Assembly (NCBI GenBank): GCA_964016885.1
Contig: OZ024740.1
Span: 237,646,001-237,710,000, forward strand
From: Eledone cirrhosa
Taxonomy: Eukaryota
Direction: 5' to 3'
Length of the DNA stretch: 64,000 nucleotides
The position numbers and the translations under genes were made by a program. Below are positions 28,332-43,085 of this stretch, piece by piece. Each line of letters begins with the position of its first letter. The stretch's first letter is position 1. The notes under the pieces are model-generated. The model saw only the letters and a list, made by a program, of their open reading frames with translations. It did not search any database and was not told the DNA's origin.

Positions 28332-30022
28332 CATCATCATCACCATCATCGTATTTACGCCCACTTTTCCTTTTCCATGCTTGGATGGGTCCTTCTCAGC
28401 AAGGCATCTCTGCACATGTCATGATCCTTTGTCATCACCTTTATGAGTCTCAGGTATTTGAGGTCAGCCCTCGCAACTTCTGCCTTGGTCTCTCTTGGTC
28501 TACCTCTACTGCAACTTCCTTCCACTTCTTCACCCAATGACCATTGTCCGCGTGCATCACATGTCCAAACTAATGCAGTCATCTCTCCTGCACACCTCAA
28601 ATTCCTATTAAACCCAACTCCTCCAAGTTCTGCCTTTCTCTCACACTTACATTACACATCCAATGGAGCATTTCTCTGCAGTCTATGCATGTCCTCTGCA
28701 GTCGCAGTCCATGTTTCATCCCACTTCACACACAAGCATCATACAGTCATCCTTTCATAGTCAACAGTGGGAGTAGCTCTCTGAACTTTTTCCATCCTAT
28801 CTTTATTCTAGCTATTATGCTCTCAGAGTACCCTTGTAGCGCTCTCTAGACAAAGGGAAGTAGCCAAAGTTACTTCCCGTAGAATTTCTAGAAACCCCTT
28901 GAACTTCCGTTTCAGAGATTATAAAAGAAGGAGCAAAGGACAATCTACCTCTTTCACCAACGGCTCTAGAACTGACCACACCAAGCACAGATGCTAAACT
29001 TTTTCTAATCCTATCCTATACCTCAGGATTACACCACATCATGGCACGAGGTACGTTTCACTACCAAAATTGTAACAAGCTACTTCAATAAATGAAAATC
29101 GTTACTGATACACTTTTCCGAAGTATTTGTCATATTTCAATTACTACATCGTCATTTCTTTTACATCTTCTAAACAAATTAAATTAGTGGTTGGCATGTA
29201 GTGGTATTTATTGGAGTAAATAACCCTATGGCCAATTCACTAAACCCTCCTCCATTGCTAATTACATTGCCTAGATAGCAGAAGCCATTTCTATCGGTTC
29301 TTCCTGTGACTGGAATAGGCTTATATTACTAGTTATTTTCTCCTCTGTTACCTCTGTGCATCATCTACAAACAAAGTCTTCCCTTCCTGTTAGTTTACTC
29401 ATTATCCCACTTCATCTCATGTCTACCTAAGATTTACATTGTGTACATCATATGTACAACTCCCTTTCTACATATTGAGCAAGGTCACTTCCTTGAAGGA
29501 ATCAGGGTCTTATCTACTCTTTACTCACTAGTACTTTAGGTTTGGCTAACTTTACCCTTTTGGTTCTAAATCCTGTTTCTATATCTGAACTTATTTTCTA
29601 GGTCTTTAATGGATTTTGTTATAAATCATCTGCATAGAGAAGTTCCCATAGGCAGACAGTCTTAAACTCCTCTGTTAAAGCCTGGAGAACTATAATGAGT
29701 AGTAGTGGGCTAAGAACTGAACCTTCATGAACTCCTACTTGTACCTTGAATTTGTCACTAAACTCATTGCTGACTCTCACACTGCTGACAGTTCCTCTGT
29801 ACATGGCTTGCACTGCTCTCATCAACCATTTTTCTAAACCTAATTTCTTTAAGGACCACTAGATAATAGATGTGGGTACTCTGTCAAATGTTTTTTCTAG
29901 GTCAACGAAAAAGGTATAGTGGCTTATTTTTTACTAAGAACTTCTCTTGTAGTTGTTTTCATCACTTTCATAACTTAGCCCATTAGTTTTATTCCTCTAT
30001 ATTTGCTCCTCTCTAGGGCATC

Positions 30023-30030
<8 letters not shown>
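28332..30030 (-). mobile_element. Degraded, interrupted RTE LINE
   Basis: GVHEGSVLSPLL..WELLYADDL (29619-29825); RGRPRET and tail near 28335-28600. Confidence 0.8.
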
Positions 30031-30065
<35 letters not shown>

Positions 30066-30669
30066 CATTTTTGAATTTGTTTTGCGAGATTTCTTATCTG
30101 AAAACGTGTGTTGAAACAGATATTGTTATACTTTGGGAGGGTCATACTGCCAATAAAAACACAAGCACCTGTTGGTTTTTACTTCAATTTATTATAAGTT
30201 TCTGGTTGGCTGGCTGGTTTGATAACTGGGAGGTTGTTTATATATTGTGAAAGCTCTTTCATCACACATTCTGTGACCTCCTCAGTGACTAGGTTTTTAT
30301 TTTGTGTATCTCCTTTGTTCTGTCCTACACCATCTTGTCTTTGTGTGTTGTGTGTTGTGTGCTTGGTTTGTGCATGCATTACATCCGTGTGTGTGTGTGT
30401 TATTTATTAATGTGTTTATTTACTTGTCACTAGTTGGTTGTTTGTTCTATCTGAGTGTGGCTGATTTGTTTTGTTAGTTTGGTTTTTGTGTGTGTCTGTA
30501 TGTCTTCATTTTGTCCTTAATTGCTAGTTGTGATGTTGCTATTCCACTCGTGTTTTCTGTTTAATTTTGGTTAAATACAAACAAACTCCAACCAAATACA
30601 AAATAGAAGTTCAGTCAGTATTGAAGCTTACACCCACAAACACTGATTCTGATAGTTAAGCCACCTTGT

Positions 30670-30990
30670 TAGATTTTATGACAGCAGAATCCCAAAGCAA
30701 GTTCTTCATGGGAAGTTAATATCTGGTGCAAGACCACAATACAAACCAGAAAGTAAAATCCGCTGTTAGTATGCAATGTATGTGGCAGATTATACCTATC
30801 AAAAACTGGCTTTACAAGTCACCTACATAAACATGGAGAAATGTTACAGGTCGAATATGACCAGTTTGATATGTTATACACATGGCAGAGAATTTTTGAA
30901 TACATCAGAACACTCAAGGCATTTAAAAATACATAGTCATGGTCCAAATCAGACTGAAGAACAAATGATGGAAGGAGTGAATTCCAATAC
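30670..30990 (+). pseudogene. Old RTE-type C-terminal remnant
   Basis: RIPKQVLHGKLISGARPQYKP followed by a decayed C2H2-like finger. Confidence 0.5.
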
Positions 30991-31116
30991 ATTATATCAA
31001 CAACACATACAAGTCCCTAGCAGGCTATAAAAGTTACTGCAGCACTCAAAATCACCACTAGAGATATATTTTTTGCTTGTGATGGTCTTACTTTTCTAAC
31101 AAGTTGATGGCCATTA

Positions 31117-32750
31117 TGTATGTATGTATGTATGTATGTATGTATGTATGTATGTATGTATGTATGTATGCATGCATGTATGTATGTATGTATGTATGTA
31201 TGTATGTATGTTCTGGTTTTATAATTTCACAAATGTTTGCCAATAGAGAGAGAGTCGGTTTCTAACATAGACACAAGACTCTCTCATTGGAATTTACACA
31301 ACATCAACTAGGTAGATATGTATGCATGCATGTGTAGATATGGATGTTATTGTATGTGTGCATGTGTATATGCTTAGTATCTGTACATGTGTATATGCAG
31401 TTATTAGATGCAACATTTTTGGAATGTTTTACATATTTTTACTGTTCCATTAATTTCCTAACTAGTTGTGTTCTTTCTGTTCCTGTGAAGCCCAGCTTCT
31501 CAAGATTTTTATTGAGGCAGTTACTAACATATCCCCGTGCCCCAATAATCACAGGCATAAATCTGAAGGTATAATCAGGGTGGAGTATATATATATGTAT
31601 ATATGTATGTTCTTCTGGTTTTATAATTTCACAAATTTTTACCAATAGAGAGAGAATCGGTTTCTAACATAGACACAAGACTCTCTCATTGAAATTTACA
31701 CAACATCAACTAGGTAGATATGTATGTATGTCTGCATGTGTAGATATGGATGTTATTGTGTATGTGTGGATGTGTATGTTTTGAGTTGTATGTGTGCATG
31801 TGTATATGCTTTGTATCTGTACATGTGTATATGCAGTTATTAGATGCAAAATGTTTGGAATGTTTTACATATTTTTACTGTTCCATTAATTTCCTAACTA
31901 GTTGTGTTCTTTCTGTTCCTGTGAAGCTTAGCTTCTCAAGATTTGTATTGAGGCAGTTACTAACATATCCCAGTGCCCCAATAATCACAGGCATAAATCT
32001 GAAGGTGTAATCAGGGTGGAGTATCTGCAGATTTCTCATCAGTTCTGCATAAATATTCTCCTTTTCGCTAATCTTTGATATTATATTGGCATCTGCTGGG
32101 CAGCTAATTTCCACTACTGTGCATGCTTTCTTCTCCCTGTCCCATATCATAATATCTGGTCTGTTATGCCTGCATTTTATTGGGGTTTTGACTGGAACAT
32201 TCCACCAGTACTCTTTCATATTATGTACATGGATGTCTTCCACATTGCTGTAGCTTTTAATGTGTTTATTATCGGGGCTATCTTTTTTACGAACTGCATT
32301 GTACAGTGTTTTGGCCACTACATCATGCCTCATAGGCAGATAATACCGCGATGACATCTTTGGACTGATGACATGGGCGATATCCTCGATGTTAGTTCTG
32401 CAGAGTCTGCACTTGTTATCACATCTAGGTGTCTTGCCTGCATCCCTATCTCTTTTGTGAATCAGGTATTTCGTGCTAATCTCCTGTTCTTGGATTGCAA
32501 AAGCATATCCTTCAAAGTGGGAGCCAATATAGCGGTTGTTGGTCCAAGATAGACTACTTTTCTTATCTATATTACTCTCACTCTGGAGCTTCCTGGCAAC
32601 ATATCCATGCATGATATTTTGCTGATAAGCATGCAGTTTTTCATCCATGGATTCACTGCGATACTGCTGAGCAACTTCCCTGGGTGTGAGTTTTTGATTA
32701 CCACACAGGGAATATCTCTCAAGGAGTTCCTTTCCAACTCTCATAATCTT
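31117..32750 (-). mobile_element. 5'-truncated R4/Dong-like non-LTR element (RLE type) with duplicated 3' end and (ATAC)n tail
   Basis: ORF 31875-32744: AIQEQEI, CRLC..E..AHV, RHDVVAK, RPDIMIWD..VEISCP..K..Y (zinc knuckle plus PD-(D/E)xK endonuclease); 3' segment repeated at 31211-31582. Confidence 0.88.
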
Positions 32751-32804
32751 ATCTGTCTTCTTCTTCTTCTTCTTCTTCTTCTTCTTCTTCTTCTTCTTCT
32801 TCTT

Positions 32805-34050
32805 GGAAGAGGAGGGCTTCTTATTACAAAGTCAGCAGATGGCCTGCCAGACTACTTTATTTGCTGATCTGAAGTCAGTTTCCAACTTAATCCCAAAGTC
32901 CTCCCATGTCTTAACTTTGGATGCTTTTACTGTCTCTGCTGCGATTTTTCATGCCTGCTTGTACCGCAAGTGCAAGAAGGAGGACTTATTTCCAAGCCAA
33001 GCTTTGTAAGCCTCCTTCTTTGCTCAGATGGCATTTTTTACCTCTTGATTGAACCAAGAAGTCTTCCTGCCATTCGGCACCACACCAAGCCTCTTTTTCT
33101 CACAGTATTTAACAGCTGAAGCAGAAACTGCTGCGCTGAACAATCTCCATTCCGTCTCAACATCCTCAGTTTGCTCAGGGAGGTCTCTGAATTTGGATGC
33201 AATAGTATCTGCATACTTAGTCCTGACTTCCTTATCCACCAATCCTTCCCACCTAATCCTGTAGGTCACCCTGGACCTGCCAGTTCTGTGGGCTTCTTTG
33301 GCTTTAGTTAGTCTCAAGTTACAGACAACTAGATGGTAATCATTTGACAGCTCAGCCCCTCTCTTAACATGAACATATAGTTCCTGACTCTCTTTATACT
33401 ATGTATATTTATGGCACATTTATGTGCGGGAAGAAGGTGTTCATAATTGAGAGCCCATTGCTATAATAGAAGTATAATAAGGCTTCTCCATGCATATCTA
33501 GATCAGCGTCACCATTCCTTCCAATCACTCCTTTCCATGTCAGGTGATCAGTGCCCACATATGCATTGAAGTCTCCCATCAGGATATATGACTCAGTCTT
33601 AACTACAGCAAACACTGCAGAGACTTCATCAAGGAAGGATCTGTATATAGACTTCTTGTTTGGTACATAAACTTGCACCCCCCCTCCCCTCACAGAGACT
33701 TATATTTCAGCCTAAGCTTCATGAAGCAAATCCTCCTTCTTAATAGAGTCCAGTCCATACTGACAGCCGAGGGCTTATGAGTATCCTCACTCCAGCCTGT
33801 ACAGTCATTTCTGGTGCCACACCTGAATAGTGGGTTTCCATCCTCCATCTAAATCTACAGTATCAGAGCCATGGAAAAACCTTGACTATATCAAGTGAGT
33901 AACATCTAGCTTCCTCCATTAGTTCCTGCTCCTTACCTGTAAGGTTTGAAATGTTCCAGGTACCAATTGTCAAGGTTTGCTCCTTTCCAAACACTCTTTG
34001 GGGTCTCAGGGTATGCAGTCTTTGTGCATCCATCCCACACCTCCATGACA
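32805..34050 (-). mobile_element. Degraded RTE-like LINE, endonuclease region (different family)
   Basis: GTWNI, ILMGDFNAYVG, IMNTFF, WFNQEVK motifs. Confidence 0.8.
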
Positions 34051-34393
34051 GTTTGCAGGGCCATTGCCAATTTTTACAGCATGAAATGGAGACTACAATA
34101 TATTTTTTGAACAGGCCCTGTACCTAAGGCCTGAACATGTCACTTGTTAACCTGCATGAAGGACGGTGTGGTATGGTTATTTTTTTTACCTCACACCATA
34201 TTGCGGTTTTGATAGTCTTATTCATACCAGTCATCAATCTGGTAATATTCTCAAATCCGTGAAGACTTGGCTTTTTTAGAAGTGACTCTGCTAAGAAGTT
34301 AATTAATCTGCAAATCATTATTTATAGTCTGTTATTGTATTTTGTTAAAATAGAAATTAATAAAATGATTTGAAGTGTTAACTTTGGTTTTTC

Positions 34394-34429
<36 letters not shown>

Positions 34430-34433
<4 letters not shown>

Positions 34434-34534
34434 GGCTTCTACAGGAATAGAATTGTTTCATTCGGAGGAAATCATCAGGAAAGCCCTGATGATTTCCTCT
34501 GAATGAAACAGTTCTAGTCCTGTAGAAGCCATTT
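34430..34534. repeat. Palindrome made of two inverted hammerhead-core copies
   Basis: CTGATGA 34486-34492, GAAAC 34505-34509, mirrored on the minus strand; related fragment at 10611-10660. Confidence 0.7.
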
Positions 34535-34630
34535 CTATATTAAATATTTATACTCTGCTATGTATTGAGAACCTTACTTACTGTGGTTACCCCCCGGTTG
34601 AACCTGGGATAAACATATATATATATATAT

Positions 34631-35700
<1,070 letters not shown>

Positions 35701-35712
35701 ATATATATATAT

Positions 35713-35775
<63 letters not shown>

Positions 35776-35778
35776 CAT

Positions 35779-35843
<65 letters not shown>

Positions 35844-35846
<3 letters not shown>

Positions 35847-36730
35847 GGTCTGGACGATATTTGTTCGCAAGATTACTATCTAGGAAAAAATAACACAGTA
35901 GTTTTAATTTTTAAGATTTATTTATCAAACTTGGGTCAGTTTGTCTTCATGACTTGTTCTTTTGATATCACTCGATAAACCCGCCATTGGCTTTGATGAT
36001 GGCCTCAAGGCAGACTCAGAACTGGCTACAGGCCTTCGTCACTGTCCCCCGACTTAGGCCCCTAAAGGCAATTGTGATCCTGGCCTTCAGATTGTCTTTC
36101 GTATTGCAGCTAGATCTGTTGGGGTCTTGTTCCACTGCACCCCACACAAAGAAGTCGAGGGGGTTGCAGTCAGGCGAGCTGGGAGGCCAGATGTCAGGTG
36201 AAGTGTGGTCAACAAAGTTCTCTGACAGCCAGGCTTGGGGCTTTCGGCTGGTATGGCAGGACGCTGAGTCTTGCTGCCACACGTACGGCTTATCTGCAGC
36301 TACCTGGTCGATCCAGGGCTTTACTACCTCACTCGGAACGCGGATGTAACCATCGGTGTTCAGCTTGAGGCCCTCAGGGAAGAAATGAGGTGGCATGACA
36401 TCACCTTGACTGCTGACGAGACCTAAGACCAATGTTGTCACTGGAAACTTTGTCTGCATGACTCTGGGCATGTCTTTGGATGAGACAGCGAGCCACCTGT
36501 TGTTCTGGGAGTTGATCTTCTGGTCTTATTTGTCCTCTCGGTGCGGATTCCAAGAACTCCGTGTCTCTTCCACAAATTTGGAAGTTCAAAATTATACATA
36601 ATCAATTATTCTGAAAATAAATAATGGAAATATAGTCACTGTTTTTATGAAGACAAGAGTGACAACGGAAGTAAAAAAAAATAGGCATAAAATTAGCAGT
36701 TGAAAATTGCGAACAAATATCATCCACACC

Positions 36731-36733
<3 letters not shown>
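35844..36733 (-). mobile_element. Internally deleted Tc1/mariner transposon, DD37D (maT) family
   Basis: 27-bp TIRs CAGGGT(C/G)TGGA(C/T)GATATTTGTTCGCAA with TA flanks; QQD-37aa-NPLD with WPPSSPDCNPLD. Confidence 0.92.
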
Positions 36734-36811
<78 letters not shown>

Positions 36812-36879
36812 TATGTATAAATATGTGTGTGTATATTTGCAAGTGTAAACTCAGCTGAAGAAGATATATATATATATAC

Positions 36880-36921
<42 letters not shown>

Positions 36922-37184
36922 ATGTATGTACACACATACTAAAGCTCCTGAAATAGCATCATACTATCTACCTTCATACAAAATAAAACAAGCAATCATG
37001 CACACCAACATACACATACACACTCTTCAAAGTATGAGTCCCCATGTATTTTTCAACTTCCTCATATTTCCTTTTTCTAGGATGATTTCTAGCATCTACA
37101 CATGTTTACTTCTCTCCATTTTCCCCCTTTATCCTTTCTTTCTCATATCTGTCCTCCTTTTCATTTCTTTCCAAATCTACCTTC

Positions 37185-37220
37185 TGATGAAGGATTAACA
37201 TCCAAAACGTTAACACTCTT
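37185..37220 (+). ncRNA. Decayed minimal hammerhead (Penelope-type 3' remnant)
   Basis: CUGAUGA-A-GGAU-UAAC-AUCC-AAAAC-GUUA; G of GAAA mutated, stem I not evident. Confidence 0.4.
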
Positions 37221-37481
37221 CTCTAACTTCTTAAAAGCAGCATTTTCATATACCATCATTATAATGTGTTGTTCTGCAGTAGTGGAGTTTTTTGTCATAT
37301 TTTTACTTATCTTATTTCAAATTTACATATATATATACAGATAAAATCTACCAATCAATGGTAGGGCCTAAACCGTATGAAGAACTCAATGTAATCCGTA
37401 TGTAGATGTCATGAAGCAAAGTTTAAAATACAAAATTTTCAACGTTATAATTCATTGGATACAGATGCAAAAATAGAAATA

Positions 37482-37561
<80 letters not shown>

Positions 37562-39486
37562 GTGTAATATATATATCTGTGTGTGTGTGTGTGTGTGTGT
37601 GCGTGTGTGTGTATCATTATATACATGCAAACATACATACATACATACATATTTATAATCTAGTAACATAAAAATATACCAAGGAATGTATATATCCAAA
37701 ATCAATATTGATGTCATTTTTCACTCTGGATCATGACTAGTTTTATTGATGTAGCTCAACTCATCAGCAAAGATGCAAAGACAGAAAGTCAGAATTAACA
37801 GTAGTTCTTACTTATAAATAAAAGGTTTGGTCAAATGTGTGCAGTTAATGTGCATCACTAGAGATCTAAGGAAAAGATTTGGGCAACTTTGTATAAGCTA
37901 TTTGGTATCTCCATAGAATTAATTTTAATTTATTATCAAACAAAAGTAAAAATGGAATATGAGAGAATTGCTGTACTCATAACAAGTTACTTTCTATGTC
38001 ATCATGCTACTCCTCATCATCATTTTATGTTCTTTTTTCTATGCTTGCATGGGTTGGATGGAGCATTTCCAGCATATCATCCTGCCTTCATTGCATTCTT
38101 TTGTCATCTCCTCTGTTAGCTTCAGTAGTTTCAGATCAGCTACCACCACCTCAGTCCAGATCCTTCTTGGTCTTTCCTCACTGTAGCTATATTTCACAGG
38201 GATTTTCTGGCACTTATTTTACCCAATCACAGTGCTCACTCATGTGAAACACCCAAGAGCTAAATCATCCAAACATTTTTCTGAGTCTTAGAAGATAACC
38301 AGTTAACTGCACGGTTTTGGTGGACATTAGGAAGGCTGTAGAAATCATGTCAAAATGGAATGTATGAGCATGATGTGGTCAAATGACATGCCTGGTCATA
38401 GAACATGACAACTTGTCCAACCCATGCCAGCATGGAAAACAAACATAAGTAGTGATGATAATGATGATTAAAAATATAAGCAATGACTGCTGCAAATTCT
38501 GTCTTTCTGCCTCCATTGATGTCTTGAGCTAAATCAAAAAAACTAGGCTTGTTCTTTAGTAAAGAAAAGTTATTCATATTTAATTTAGATATGTACACTC
38601 CTGACTGTATTTTTACTCTAACCAGTTATACTATTTACACTCTGTTTGTGCATAGAATATTCTCTTTCTTTAGATAGAAGTACATATCAAGGTATCATTA
38701 TCATTTTACGTCTGCTTTCCACACTGGCATATGTTCAATATTTGGCATGGATTCTATGGCTGGATGCCCTTCCTAATGTTAACAATCTTGCAGGGTATAG
38801 TAGGTGTGTGTGTGTTTTCTTTTCATGGCACAACCACTACAACTTTACGGAGAGTAATAGGTTCAATTTTTATATGTGTGTGCATGGTTGTATGCAATCA
38901 ATTACTACTTCACCTATATCAACTTACAATGGAATTATTTGAAACAGGCAATTTAACATTTGTAGCAAACACTTGAATTTGTAACAAAACAGCTGTTAAA
39001 AGCATCTTAAGGATATGTGAAAATGGATTTTAGATCATGTATTCAATCTCTTGAGGAATATAAATGCATTCACACAGAGCAGCAAATCTATTTTATTTCA
39101 ATCAACCCACTTCTATCCACTAAAATCCCAAATCACACATACTTCATCTCAAAAGATGTTTTTTACAAGATTTCAGACAGGCTTCTTGTACCTGGATATG
39201 TTTCACCATTAAATAACTCTGCTTAACTAGGCAAAGGTAATAAACTTCTGATATCTTATACCTTTAATAGGGTATATGCTTGAGCCAAGTCATAGCCTAA
39301 ATAGGTACTAGCTGGGGGCCTATTTAGGGTTCAGAAATATAATTAATTTTTTTGTCTACCACAGTATTATTTACCACTATTTTAGTGGCGGAAGAACTCA
39401 TAAGAGTCAACGGCCATCCAAAAATGTGTAAATATGTATATACACATGAACATATGTATATGTATGTATATATGTGTGTATATGCC

Positions 39487-40160
39487 TGGGGTGCCAGGGA
39501 GGGGCATGTACCTCTGTAGGGGGGGCTAGCCATGCCCTTTTCAGGACAGCTCGTCCTGCATTGGGTCCCACCTGACACTCAGCTCTCACCTGTGGCCACA
39601 CCCCGGTAAACCGCCTTGGCTGGTGGGCTGAACCAGGTTGAGGGTAGCCGGATGGGTTTGAAACCCCTGGGTGAGTTAGATAGGGGATGCCTGCCCCTGC
39701 ATGTGAAGACTGGCAGAGTGAGTGGAGGAGGAAAACATCATCCCAATGGTCACGAAGGCAGCGACAGCAAGCAGTGTGGAGCAGCGCTAGGGCAAGGCAA
39801 GGCACTACAGACGTCGTGGCCATCCACTGCAGCCAAGGAGGTCCCTGGTCGTGATGGTCCTCTGTACCACCAGATTCTGGCTTCTACGGCCAAGTGAGCG
39901 GGACCGTCACTGTGCACTGGCCATCCCACTATAAACCTTTCCCGCACAGGTTTCTTCTTTGAGTGTGCACTCCCAAAGCCCTGCGGCAATGGGCGAGAGG
40001 CAGAGGGCATCAGCAGCTCCGGTCTCTTCCCCTGCCACTACTGTCCCCGGACCTGCAAGTCAAGGATCGGTCTCCACAGCCACCTTCATGCCCATGGCAG
40101 ACGGGAACAACAACAAAGAAGATGTCATCATCATTTACGATGGACAACCAAGAGGACTAT
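39487..40160 (+). mobile_element. Bipartite non-autonomous RTE derivative (5'UTR-like part joined to 3' end)
   Basis: GC-rich island ending in FPCHYCPRTCKSRIGLHSHLHAH, a typical RTE C-terminal C2H2 finger; no EN or RT. Confidence 0.65.
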
Positions 40161-40837
40161 TTTATAAACATTATCCTTAATCATAACATGTCCATATTGC
40201 TAAATATAGCAGCTAATGTATTTGAAATTCCTGTCAATATCTTACAACATAGAATTTTATTCATCTCTTGAGAACTTTTTCTTTCATAAAATGATAATGT
40301 TAAGTATATTTCTTTCAAAATATTACCTGGATTTTATATCTAGCCATCTTCAGTCTCTTCAGTCACTACAGCTCCACTACTTTCAGTGTCATACATATAT
40401 CATGCATTCTTTCATTTCACTAGAGCTCCTCAACATTTACTGCCCACAACTGCTAGATATTTGGAGACCTTTCTGGACAAAAACACACAAGAATTGATCA
40501 AAATGTCAAGAATTGATCAAAATTGACCAAATTGATCAAAATGTCCAAATCCCAAAATTTTTCATAAAAAATTTGCAATACAAACCCAAAATAACAATTT
40601 ATCAAAAATACTCCTGCAACGAAGTCAGCTTACCACAATCAGTCCTATATTTCAAAGTCCTAAAGGAACACTTTTATGTCTTCATCTTCTTCTGTCTTAT
40701 CGGTTGTTATGTAGATGTATTGGTGTTACTACAACCATAAAGAACACCAGGCAGGAAATTATTCAAGTGATATAGATCATTGCAGTGGATTAAACTATGA
40801 ATGAGATGTGCCTGGATTCTAATGACATCATCTAAAC

Positions 40838-41168
40838 AAGCAGTTCCTAACCTTTTTGAGCCATAGACCAATGTGATGCAAGACAATTTCTCCATGGCCC
40901 AGTGACTCATTAATCCTTTCTAACAATTGTGACTCAATGTCCTCTGCTATTTCTTCAATTCATCTAGTTATCATGGTAGCCAAAAAGGAACCATTGCTAC
41001 CTTCTTAACTGCAGCTTCTTCTTAAATTTCATGGCAAATGTCCTTAGCAGTAAGCAGGATTAACTCTTCACTAATAGTGATGTCAGTGGCCTGATACCAA
41101 ATGGTCCACAGCCCAGTACCAGTCTGCGGCCTGGTACCAGTCCATGGCCTGGTGGTTAGGGACCACTG
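40838..41168. mobile_element. hAT-type MITE
   Basis: 8-bp TSD ATCTAAAC (40830-40837, 41169-41176); imperfect TIRs aagcagttcctaacc / ggttagggaccactg. Confidence 0.8.
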
Positions 41169-41539
41169 ATCTAAACAACTAGGCTGCATTTTTGTTCCTT
41201 AGTTGTGTTTTGAATACAGTTACAATTAAAAATAGTCTTTCAACAATAACATTACTGGAATTATCTAACAAGGGTATATGTTGCCAATTGTTGGAAATAT
41301 TTGTAGGGATATATTCCAAGTAAAAACTATATCATTTTTTAAATTTCATTATTTTCAAAAACATTTCCTTTTCTTCTATTGGCTACAGTAATTTGTATTG
41401 GCGTTAGCACTAACACAACATGCATACAAGCATGGAAAGCTGAACATGCTCCATATCTGCTCTCTCACAGCCCTGCTACCATGACAAAAGCCCCCTGTAT
41501 GCTGGTTGTGTTGATGACAACAAAAAGAACCCTGTCTAC

Positions 41540-41839
41540 CCTATTGAGTAGTCATGCTGATGACATGACAAAAAACATCCAGTCCATGCTGTAATTGTGG
41601 TCATGCTGGTGGTATGTCAAAAAGCAACCAGTCCACCTTGTAAAGTGGTTGTGCTGGTACCATGATATAAAGTACCCAGGCCACACTGTAATGTGGTTGG
41701 CATTAGGAAGGGTGTCCAACCATATAATATAAGCCAGAAACAGTTCCATATGAGTAAGACATGGTCACCTGACCTGACTTGTTTCATAATGTGACAACCC
41801 ATCTAACCCATGTAAGTGTGGAAAATGGACATCAAAAAC

Positions 41840-41876
<37 letters not shown>

Positions 41877-41877
41877 A
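41540..41877 (+). mobile_element. RTE/SINE 3' tail fragment (another at 42270-42434)
   Basis: ttggcattaggaaggg..cccatctaacccatg..(GAT)n. Confidence 0.75.
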
Positions 41878-42779
41878 TGTGCGCATGTGTGTGTATGTGT
41901 ATGTACACTAGATATATAAGTTAACAATGACACCTTTCCAAACTCCTCCCTACTGAAGACCCCTTCCCCTTAGAAAAAAAATTCATGAGGACGATGATAA
42001 AGAGCCCATATAAACATATTTATATTTCAACACACATACATCTAATCTCACAGTGAGTATTTAAGCTATGAACATATTGCACCTATTTCAACAATCAGTT
42101 TTGGAACAGTCGCTAAAGTTCAATTTCTTTATATATCATCAATAGATTTTATAAACAAACTTTTCACGTTGAAGGCTTATTTGAATTTAGTGCAAGCTTA
42201 ATCAGCTAGTTTTTATTCTGAATCCCACAGTGTTAGTGCTGTTGCAGATTAAAACTAACTGATCAAATGCAGTTGGTGTTAGGAAAGGCATCCAGCCATA
42301 GAAAACCAGCCAGAAACACCCCTATATGAGCAAGACACAGTCACTCGACTCAACTTGCCTCTAAATTGGACCCATCTAACCCATGCAAGCATGAAAGATA
42401 GACGTTAATCGATGATGATGATGATGATGATGATCAAGCTTGCATTAAATGTAAATAAACTTTCCTCAAGAATAGTTTGTCAATGAATGCAAGATATAGT
42501 GGCTTGCTCTTAGCAAAAAATCCACCCACCCCCAAAAGCCTTCTCTGACATTTGCCTGACTAAGAAGAGACCGTAAGTAGCACACCAACCCAGTATCAAC
42601 ACAAATTACATCTCATCAAAGTTTAATGTATTACTAATTAACTAGTCAAAAACTATTTTTGATATTTTGAGACTTGAACTATTACTTTGACATCTATCTT
42701 CTTCTCCTCCTCATCCTCATCCTCATCCTCATCCTCCTCCCTTTAAGATGTCAATGTTGACCAGATATTATTCCAGTCA

Positions 42780-43085
42780 TCTCCTTATAATATATAACCA
42801 GCAATTTCTCTGTCTGTCTGTCTGTCCGACAGTGGAAACACGTGCGCACGTGCGAATGTTTTTTGCGCACGCGTAGAGTGAGAGTGAAAGAAAGAGACAG
42901 ACTACAAGAGGGGGATAGCGGGAGGGAGAGAAGGAGAGAGAGAGAGTGAATAGATGCTAAAACACGTGCGCGCGTGCAGATGTTTTTTGCGCACGCGCAG
43001 AGAGAGAATGAGAGTGAAAGAAAGAGACAGACTACAAGAGGGGGATAGCGGGAGGGAGAGAGGGGGGAATTGAGGAGTGCTACAG
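42780..43085 (+). mobile_element. Non-autonomous Helitron 5' end with two internal tandem units
   Basis: A|TCtccttataatatataaccagcaatttctctgtctgtctg, similar to the 5' end at 9466. Confidence 0.55.

Noticed and set aside
40327-40472. Minus-strand exon with good acceptor and donor
   Set aside because: Stops in all three frames and no other support
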